In this document: one piece after another, positions 54,401 through 64,000 of the stretch
How the letters are laid out: every line of letters starts with the position of its first letter
How positions within the stretch are numbered: the stretch's first letter is position 1
DNA from: Cycas panzhihuaensis
Lineage: Eukaryota; Plantae; Cycadophyta
Length of the DNA stretch: 64,000 nucleotides
NCBI GenBank assembly: GCA_023213395.1
Contig: CM041465.1
Location: 227,051,741 to 227,115,740, forward strand
Direction: 5' to 3'
Made by a program: the position numbers and the translations under genes
Notes under the pieces: model-generated
Databases searched by the model: none
What the model was told of the DNA's origin: nothing
Seen by the model: only the letters and a program-made list of their open reading frames with translations

Positions 54401-55593
54401 CCAAGATTGATTGTCCCCTTTAAATATTTTAGAATCTACTTTGCTATAATAAAATGAGACTCCTGGGGATTCTACATGTAGTGGGAAACTAATCCAACAT
54501 CATATGCAACATCTAGTCTAGTATGAGTCAAGTAGATCAGATTCCCTAATGACTGGCGATACTTCATTCCATCTATAAAGGGCTTGGTCATATCCTTTTG
54601 CAACCTTACACCCTTTACATATGGTGTTACAATAGGTTTATAATTTTGCATCCTAAACTTATCCGATAGGTTTTTCATATATTCTGACTACAACAATGCA
54701 ATCTGATCATCCATCTGCCTGATCTGAATGACCAAGAAATAATGAAGTCTCCTGAGGTCTGTCATGTTAAATGAAGCTCCTAAATTAGACTTGACTTCAG
54801 CTATAACCTTTCCGTAGTTATCACCGATGATGAAATCACCTATATATACCATACAAGTAATTATTGAAGTCCCTTTTCTTTTCATATACACGTTTAGGTT
54901 AAGTTCTAAAAACTCGAAACCTTTAGCTTTCAACTTAGCATTCATATTTTTATACCAAGCATGGGGTGCTTGTTTCAGGCCATAAATTGATTTCTTTAAT
55001 TGGAAAACAAGATACTCTTAGCCATCCTTAATGAATCCCAAAGGCTGTGATATGTAAATCTCCTCCTTTAGATCTCTATTAAGTAATGCAGACTTGATAT
55101 CCATCTACTGTAACTCCCAACCATAAGTAGCTACTAAGGAAATGTACAAGTAGACCATTGTCATTCTAGAGACTAGTGCAAATGTCTTTTTATAGTCAAT
55201 TCCTTACTTTTTCTTTAATCCTTGAATCAAAATATTGGTGAGGTTTAGTTATCCATACCATTGTCCACATCTCCATTGAAGTGAAACTTTATCTTATAGA
55301 CCCACTTGCATCTAGTAAGGTTCTTCATTGGAGGGAGTGGAACCAAATCCCACATATTATTCTTTAGTAGAGAACTATACTCTTCCTCCATCATAACTCT
55401 CTAATATGGATCTCATTTTACCTCATCAAATAAATTAGGATCATTAGAGTCGTTGATGTCTACCAACATAGTTCAATTAGCATGTTGACTTCTAGTTATT
55501 TTACCATCATTTAGGGTTTACATTGCCATACTAGAATCTTTAATAGTCTTCCTTGCCCATAAAGGTATAGAAGAACCTGTTGTTAGAGGTACT
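48908..55593 (-). repeat. Arm A' (inverted copy of 29154-35780)
   Basis: See arm A. Spot check: 4 mismatches in 120 bp, all transitions. Confidence 0.95.
51395..51458. repeat. (TA)n microsatellite in the Y leader
   Basis: Direct inspection. Confidence 0.95.
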
Positions 55594-58509
55594 CCTTGCC
55601 CATAAAGTTGTTTATTATTTTATTATATTTTAAATTTAGAGATTGAGGCAAGCTCCCACCCACCTCCCGAATATGTATTTTAGGGCTTAATATCCCCGGT
55701 GTTCTTCAACATTACCAATCTATGTGAAATTTGTTTACAATGTATAAAATGGATTGATAATGGATTTGAATATGGTTTTGAACATAGCTTGAATACTATT
55801 GCACCTATTCTCCTCTATCCTCATTACGTTCTTCATACTTATATTACTAAGATTTATTACCATTATAAACACTTTAATACATAATCCAAAGAAAAATGTG
55901 TGGTCTTATTAATGAAGTAAGAATCCTTTTAACATAAAATAAAAAATAATTTAACAATAAAATGAAATATATCTTCTTTAAATAAAATCACTGTATGAAA
56001 TAAGTAAGCTTTTAAAAATAATTCAAATAAGCTCTAAAATAGTATGCAATTAAAGGAAATAAGATAGCCTTTAGATGAGCTTATAAACATGCAATAGAAT
56101 ACACTCTAAATGAACTTTTAGATGCAATAAAGGAATCTTAGTTGATATTTTAAAAATAAACTTTAATAAAGAGATAAAATAATTAATGATGAGTAAAATA
56201 ACTCTATTATGAGTTTCAATATATAGATGAATAAACTAAAAATAAATGAGCAACAAATATACTTTTATATGATCCCTTTCTAGATGCAAGAAGATAACCT
56301 TGAATGTACTTGAATTATGCCTTTAAAATGAAGCGCGTTAACCCTTAAATGAGTAAAATAGGCTTGATATGAGCTTTAACATAAAGTGAATGAGTTATAA
56401 ACTAAAATAACAACTTTAAAATATTTAAGGTTTAGAAAGTATTAGTTTGTAGGATAAGCATCCAAAGGTCTTATTTTCTTTCAAGAGGCCAAAATTAACT
56501 AAAAACCTATTAAAAATATGTGTGAGCCTCTATAAAATAAGTGAAAATAGTCAAAGATGGATTAGTAACTCAATAACATACAAATATGCTTAAATGAAGT
56601 AATAAAATAGCTCAAAAATGTTGAAAAATGCTCAAACTTAAATCAAATAGAAGGGCTAAATTTACTAGCCTTAAACTCCTACAAAATAACTTCAAATCAT
56701 AATATAAGTAGCTTTAATATATAGATCATTAAATTATCTTTCCAATTAATCCAACCATTTAAAAAGTAGACTCCTAGATCAAAAGTTATAGCCAAAATGG
56801 TGAGAAGACCTCTTTAAGGCAAAAAACTAAATTAGGGGGGTACAGACTTGAAAATTTATTAAAAATTATAAAATTGTTTAAAATCCAAAATTATGAAATA
56901 TGCCCTAATGGGTTTTCAAATCTGCCCTCATATTTAAAAACTGAGGTCATATGGGACCTTAATAAGACCAACAACTAAGGTCATAGGGGGGCTAATGGAT
57001 TTGAAAAAAATATTAAAAAGACTTAAATCTTTTAACAACCAAATTAATTAAAAATAGCTTATAGAATTTCAAAATTGAGCCCCTTTTTTACTAAACTAGG
57101 GTCTCATGGGATAGAATAAAGCCACCTGCTAGGGATAACTGGGGAGCTAACAACTGGATTTAAATATTTATACAATCAAATTAAATTAAATTTAAACTAT
57201 ACTATATATATATATATATATATATATAGATATATATATAGATATAGATATATATAGATATAAATATATAGATATAAATCAAATATTTTTTTAAATGTAA
57301 AACCTACACATTCTGCATGCATGCATAAGGTGGATTTGAGAAGCTTGTTATGTTTATAGAGACCACGAATTGCCATGAAATTTTAGGGGTGGATAGATCT
57401 AATATTTAACTTAGTGCCTATCAATTTTCATCATGAATAGAGACCCACAGTCTGAGAATGAAGTAGTTGAAGCTAAGCAAGTCGATGAGGGTAAACAGAG
57501 GTCAAACAATCGATCTAATCGATCAAGTGGAGCACTAAAAATCACACTATCTCAGGTGCACGATCTAGGAACCCTAATTTGTAAAAAACTTTGAGAGAAA
57601 AATAATGAAAATTGAATTAAAAAAGTGAAAATATAGATGAGTGACAAGTTTTTCACAAATTCGTAGAGTGACTTGACTCTCTTAAAAATAATGAAAATTG
57701 AATTTAAAAAGTGAAAATATAGATGGGCGATAAGCTTTTCACAAATTCATAGAGTGACTTGTCTTTTAGGAGAGATTTCTCTTTAACCAATTAATAAAAT
57801 TACTTGTCATCTTCTCTATTATAAAGTGGACTCAAAGATAAATGTAGTGATCAATCAAATGCAATAGTTTTGATTATTTGTTGATATGTAACAATCCACT
57901 AAAGTCTAGGTAAGCTAACTCAACCTAAAACTTGAGAAAAACATTGAGAAAAATTAAAAAATTCTTCTAAAATCTTAACAAACCTACTCCAAATCATACT
58001 TGGACTGAATATAATTAAGATATCTATTAAAAAATGTTAGTTTGTAGATCGTGGGAGTAGCCAACAATTTGTATGGCAAACAAAGGTATGCCAGTGTTAA
58101 ATAAAGATGCAAAACATTGTATTTTGATAAATTTAATTAAAAAAGCTATATAAATGATCTTACTTATTAAATAATATAAATTACATTTATATAGGTATGT
58201 TTTAAGTCCCAAACCTCACTCAAGGCACTCTAATACCAAATGAGAGATCTTGAGGATAGAGCAGAGCAAGAAAAATATTCAACCCATTTTGAAAATCATT
58301 AACAAACTTCAAATTTTGGTGGTGTTGATAAACATCAGGGACTTTACCCTTAAAATATATAGTTTAGGAGGTGGGCAGGAGCCTACCTCACACAATTCGA
58401 AAATAAAATAATAATAAAACATACATAAAATAAACTTACCTTGGCTATAGTTGGCTTGCGTGCTCCAAATGCATACTTTAATATAGGGTAATGAGTATTA
58501 AACCTAACA

Positions 58510-59279
58510 TATAAGACATCATATACGAAACCCAAAGGACAAATACCATTTCAATTAGTATATAATTTTGAAATAGTCATGCCCACTAAGTTTATTATCC
58601 CAAGCCTCTATGAGGCATACTAGTTTAATGGAGAGGCCTAAAGGACCTAGATAAAAGACTATAATAGTTATTGAAGTTTGATAAAATTATATTATTACCA
58701 AAATCCATCATAAAGTTACTAAACATTGCCAAAAGAATTGACATGACAAGTAACTTAAAGTTAATGCATTCTAAGTGGGTGACTTAATGTTGGTATTTGA
58801 TAGTAAATTTAAAGACAAACTAGGAAAGTTAAAGACACATTAGAATGGCCCTTATATTATAGACAACATATGGCCAAATGGTTCAATTTCATTAAAGACC
58901 ATTGATGGTGAATCACTTCCTAACTAAAACAATATAAGTCAAATTAAACTATACAAGGAGTAATGTTTTTAAAAAAAAGTATTAAAAAAAAAAAAAATAG
59001 TCCCCTTTTTTTGTAATATTTGGATCTAGTATTAAGTTTGGGAGTTATCAAAAAATCCAATGAAGTATAAATTCAACACAAAAAAAGGTTGACAAGAAAA
59101 GTTTGACAAAGAAAAGCTTGATAAAGAAAAGACAACTAGAAAAAGCTAGATAAGGAAAAATCAATAATAAAAATTCAACAAGAAAAACCTACACAAAAAG
59201 TTTGACAATAAAGGTCAACATTGGGCTTGGTGACTTACTTTCTATTAAAAAGGAAACTTTCATTAAGTTGGAAAGTTGG
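58510..59279 (+). pseudogene. Host Gypsy integrase C-terminus and 3' UTR, piece 3 (inverted copy at 44894-45663)
   Basis: YKTSYTKPKGQIPFQLVY..EIVMP resumes after TSD TATAA, followed by a GKLKTH..PYI tail and an A-rich repeat UTR. Confidence 0.8.
59081..59220 (+). repeat. Degenerate ~14-bp A-rich tandem array in the host Gypsy 3' UTR (mirror ~44953-45092)
   Basis: About ten units resembling AAAAGTTTGACAAG. Confidence 0.7.
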
Positions 59280-62200
59280 TGTTGATGTCAAAGATCACTT
59301 CTCCTAAGGCAAATATGATTAATTTGACATTGATTATTATTTCAACGAGTTAATTAGCATGCATTAATATATAGTCAATGGTAACTAATTAGTTGACACA
59401 GTGGTGAATAATTAGTTGACACTTTAAATATAGTAGGTACATTAATTATGTGTATCATCCTTTTCAAGATTTTTTTATTAACATAAGAGATACACCATTA
59501 GTAGGATCAACACCACCTTAAGTGAGTCCTATAATCTTTAATTTGTATTCTTCATTTTGAAAATCATAGAGTGATTACATTTAATATGAAGAGTGTTGGC
59601 TCCTCACTTTTGAAGATTTTAAGCACTCAACCTCTTTCAACACTAGGTAAACTCTTCACCTCAATATGTCTAAAGAAATAGATGATTTATGAGGAAGAGG
59701 ATGAGAGTCATAAGAGCAAGTTGAGACTATGTAATAGCATCAAGAAAGGCCTCAATTAATATTCAATATGAACAAGATTATAGATAAAGAATTATCCTCA
59801 CATAATGCATAATGGCTGGAATACACATGCTGGCTATCCTTACTTCAAGAGGACACAAACACTTCTAAAAGAAAAAAGAAAAGAAACATCATTGATGGAC
59901 AAAGCATGCCTTCTCTATCAGGCTAGTATGGCCTTGGAAGTCATGAAGTGTGCATGTTGAACATGCCCAAAAAGTAGGTCTAAAATAGAACCAACAATTA
60001 ATAGTAGACTTATGAACATACTATTCAGATATTAATGCTAAAATCAATTCAAAGCTAAGATATGTATAACTCATGAGCCCATAGTAGATTAGTTGAAGGA
60101 TCTAGAGGGGGATAATTTGAAATTTTAGATTTGAGAAATATGGTTTATAGTAGCAGTTTATAAAGTCACTAGATGAGAATGTAAAAATAGTAGAGACATG
60201 CAAAATTAGACCATTATGTAGGGTAAAAGAGAAGATCAAGTCCTACTAATGGTTAAAGAGCCACAAAGATTATAATTTAAAGTGACTACCAATTATTTGC
60301 ATAAACTTTATTATGAGTATGAGGTAGTTCATTTATAGAGGGCAAAGATCATTTAGGTGTATATGTCAATAGGTAAATAAAACATGGAACTAAGTTAGGC
60401 ATAGTAGGGCATAATCACATAGTCATTATGTGAGATGGCATTAATAAGTTGAGATTTGAGAAATTAGATAAGAGTTTGATAAACCATACACTAGTCTAGG
60501 TTGGATTAGGCTAGACTATAGACTTCAGAATCATAAGATCATAAGAAGGGTTGAGTGCAAAGAAAATAAATGAATTGAGTTCTTAGATTTAGGAGATAAA
60601 TTAGGAGAACCATTGTTATTACTTTTATTTTATGGTTTAGGTTGTCTCTTCCTATTAGTGTTATTATTGTGGTTAAGAAAGGGATTTTTATAGATGGGTT
60701 GGTCTAAATTAGATTTAGAATGAGTTTGAATATGAGTTTAAAACTTTATCTTACATAAAGTCCAAAACTCATCATCAAAATGACTCTTTATTCCATGTAG
60801 AGAACACCACAATTTAGTATAACCTTTAGGTGGAGGGATGCATTTCTCAACAAGTGTAATGGTTTTAGGTGATACCTCTTCTTATGTATTCTTTCCAATA
60901 TTAATTTGAGGGGAGACACCTAATTTATATTCTAAGTTGTGGAGGGTTGAAGTGAATGTGTCAAACAACTTGTATTGAGTGATGGGTTTGGGCTTTACAT
61001 AAGATGAAGTTTTAAGCTTGTGCTCAAACTCAGTCTAAAAGTAATTTAAACTTATCCATCTATAAAAATCCATTTCTTAATCATAATAATAATAATGATA
61101 GGAAGAGATAACCTCAAACACAAAACAAAAATAATAGCAATGGTTCTCTTAATTAATTTCCTAAATTTGAGAACTTAATGGTGCTTATTTTCTTTACACT
61201 TAACCCTTCTCTCAAGACCCTATGATGCTTAGGTTTGTAGTCCAACCTAAACCAACCCACATTGTACCAAACTCTCATCTAGTCATCTATGAGTCATTTT
61301 TTTATGTCATCTCACACAATGGCTATATTCTTATGTCTTGTTATGGCTATCTTAGGTCCATGCTCTATCTACCCATGGCCATTTTTACCCAAGTGATCTT
61401 TGCCCTCTGTATATAAGCCTACCCTTCCTCATAATAAAGTTGATATAAATAGTCAACAATCACTTTGAATAATGATCTATGTAACTCTTTGGTCTTTAGT
61501 AGGCTTTAAAGAGGGTGGAGATCATTTAGATACAAATGTTTATGGGTAGATAGAGTATGGATTTAAGACAAACATAGTAGGGCATAAGTACATAACCATT
61601 GTATAAGACAACATTAAAAAGTTAAGATATAGGTGGTTGGATGGATGTTTGATAGATTATGGGTTAGTCTATGCTCGACTACAAATCCAAGCATCATAAG
61701 ATCATAAGAGAAGGGCCAAGTACAAAGAAAACAAGTGCCATTGAATTTATAGACCATAGCATAATTATGATTAAGGATAGGTGATGTCACATATATAGCA
61801 TGAGTCGATGAGAAGAACCCAAGTAAGAGATATCCAAGTAGGATGAAAATTAATGGTAAAGAAATCAAGAACTGTGTGCATTATGGTTAAGGACAAACAA
61901 GATCATCGATATAACATGAATTGATGAGAAGAACCCAAGAAAGAGATGGCTAATCAGAGAGAAATAATAATGATAAAGAAATTAAGTATTGCGTGTATCA
62001 ATTGTAACAAAGACACTTGATTAAGATCTACCAAATCACTTAAATTTCATCACCAAATCATCAAGGATAAGTTGCAATGAAAATGCAGAACAAAATAAAA
62101 AATGGTATTGAAATAATTTTTTAAATTACTATAGTCACCTTTTAATTAAAGTGAAATTCATATGACTTGGATTCTAGTAGCTCCTTTCAATATTAGCCTA

Positions 62201-62845
62201 ATCACATTGATTATGAATGCATTAAGCCTATTTCATGCTTTATTATTTGTTATTTTTTTATTTTAAAAAATATTAGAGTAATATTTTTTAGTGTTCTCTC
62301 ATTTTTTAATAGTCACGTGGAGAAATAAGTCTTAATGACACATATTACATAGATATAATGAATATTTCCACCAAATTTCATCATATAAACAACACATAGG
62401 TTAGGTATATATATACATGACATGTTTACATGGAGTTGATAAGTTGGATGTGGAAAATCTATTACACATTAATGTTGAGAGTGATGATTTGAGAAAATTA
62501 ATAATAATTTTTAGTGTATGAGGTGCCAACATCTATTAAAAAATATAAAATAGAGTTATATGAAATAAAACTTAAACAATGAAAATATTAAACAAATAGA
62601 TATTCCAAGCATATCAATAAGAACAACTAGAGATACAAGTCTAATGATATACCACTTTTATTAAATTTAGCAATTTACTAAAGAATATACAATAAACACC
62701 ATCTCACAATCATATCAAACCTTTTCATATATACTAATATAGAAGTATATGACGACATAATTTTATATGAAATTGATTAAGAACATTACAATAGAATGGG
62801 TATAAAACCATGTGTTAGAAATACCCCATAAGACCACCAAAAACT

Positions 62846-64000
62846 TGATGGAGCCGGAGGAGCAGAGCAGGACATCATAACGTTCACATCTTAAGTACAA
62901 TGGCAATTTCCAATAGAATGGCGATGTTGATAAACACCATGGAGGTATTCCCAACCCTTAAATAGAGAATTCGGGGAGGCGTCGGGTGCCATCACCCTAG
63001 CTGCACAACAATTAAGGTTAGTTTAAAAAACATTAAAATAAATAACGGTGATACGTACCTCAAATGAGTGGTCTGTCCGGGTGGCTGTTGAACGGCTCAA
63101 GGTGCCCTAGGGGCCCTCAAAGGTGGCTTTGAGGGGCCCTAAGTGATCTGGCGCATGTACATTGGGATTATTCCCAACATTCTCCCCCATAAGCCCAATG
63201 TGTATGACTCCTAAATCATCTCTGAATTTCTCAAATTTGATTTTTCCCAAGGCCTTTGTAAAAATATCCGTTGTTTGATCTTCGGTGCTATAATAAGTCA
63301 ACTCTATCTCTTCTGCTTGTATAAGTTCCCGAATGAAGTGGTATTGAGTTTTAATATGCTTTGTTCTGCCATGGAATACTAGATTTTTTGTCATTTGTAT
63401 AGCGCTCTAATTGTCACACCAAATTCTAGTGGGACCTTGCTGTTTAATTTGAAAATCCTGTAAGAGTCTTCTTAACCAGATTGATTCACAGGCTCCTAAC
63501 ACTGCAGCTTTATATTATGCTTCAGCTGTGGATAAGGAAACAGTATTTTGTTTCTTTGTACTCCAAGCTACTGCTATTGATCCCATACTAAATGCATAAC
63601 CTGAGGTAGATTTTCTATCATCAACATCACCATTAATCAATCAGATAACCGGATTAAGCGAAACTCGGATGCAGGTTTGTAGTATAACCCAAAGTCTGGA
63701 ATCCCTTTAAGGTATCTGAGGATTCTTTTAGCAGCTTGCCAATGAGATGTCTTTGGATCCTGCATAAATCTAGATACAACACTTATAGAATATGTTATAT
63801 CCGGTTGAGTAGAGGTTAAATAAAGTAGGCTGCCAATCAGTTGTCTATAGTGAGTGGGATCAATTGAAGTTGAGTCATCTGTCTTAGAGAGTTTAATTCC
63901 AATTTCACGGTATTGACAATGGTTTACAGTTTGTCATATTAAATCTTTGTAGAAGGTCTAATATATATTTACGTTGAGAGATAAATATTCCTTGTTTATC
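62846..64000 (-). mobile_element. Young Copia element G: 3' LTR and RT/RNase H end; runs off the right edge
   Basis: LTR 62846-63179 (TG...CA). PPT GGGCTTATGGGGGAGAA at 63180-63196. RH VFHGRTKHI..DIFTKAL (ORF 63107-63394) and RT YRQLIGSLLYLT. Confidence 0.92.

Larger units (their letters stand above)
32003..55835 (+). mobile_element. Element Y: ~4.0-kb miniature Copia-derived LTR element related to X, inserted in X gag; pieces 32003-35780 and 55605-55835
   Basis: 5' LTR 32003-32337; PBS TGGTATCAGAG at ~32340. Gag ATG 34930 (PIFDRTNF..KDNEALALIF). PPT ATGGGGGAGAA 35671-35681. 3' LTR 35682-35780 plus 55605-55835. Perfect TSD TACTT (31998-32002, 55836-55840). Confidence 0.88.
24838..58509 (-). 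mobile_element. Element X: ~3.6-kb miniature Copia-derived LTR element, split into 24838-25071, ~31310-32002 and 55836-58509
   Basis: 5' LTR 58241-58509 with iMet PBS at 58227-58238. 3' LTR 24838-25071 plus ~31310-31354; PPT 31355-31365. Perfect TSD TATAA (24833-24837, 58510-58514). Only a gag N-terminus (ATG 55863; ORF 31675-31914) and an RNase H tail (ORF 31350-31574). Confidence 0.85.
55605..62845 (-). repeat. Arm B' (inverted partner of 41323-48903), ending at the insertion of Copia G
   Basis: See arm B. Spot check: 3 mismatches in 120 bp. Confidence 0.95.

Noticed and set aside
24838-58509. X/Y as retrozymes (hammerhead-bearing non-autonomous elements)
   Set aside because: No CTGANGA...GAAA core with flanking stems was seen by eye in their LTRs; a covariance search was not run.
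59280-59512. LTR as the 3' LTR of the host Gypsy
   Set aside because: The better PPT (CACTTAAGGTGG) lies on the opposite side and strand, so it was assigned to element F. Not certain.
29154-62845. Large inverted repeats as a fold-back read artefact
   Set aside because: The arms carry transition-biased substitutions, private indels, a private Copia insertion and a templated junction filler. A haplotype mis-join still needs read-level exclusion.

Overview
This is a gene-free, heterochromatin-like block of nested retrotransposons from a large plant genome; a gymnosperm is plausible but is inference. An old non-chromovirus Gypsy (+) survives in three pieces (10325-11888, 24664-24837, 58510-59279). 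It was hit by four elements. (1) A young GC-rich Tat-like element (1-10324, -) that has lost its RT core, RH and INT core but keeps a separate archaeal-type RNase H downstream of pol. (2) A chromovirus (11889-24663) that carries a full-length L1 LINE with a ~19-bp TSD. (3) A miniature Copia-derived element X, itself containing a full Copia (C1) and a sister miniature element Y. (4) A Copia stack F<E<D, with a young Copia G at the right edge. Superimposed on this is a ~19.8-kb inverted copy of the local sequence (35781-55593) inserted inside its own template. It has a 4-bp target deletion and a 15-bp locally templated filler, and it creates two interleaved inverted repeats (29154-35780/48908-55593 and 41323-48903/55605-62845). 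No host genes, RNA genes or CRISPR arrays were found. All alignments were made by eye, and boundaries not marked by a TSD or PBS may be off by tens of bp.
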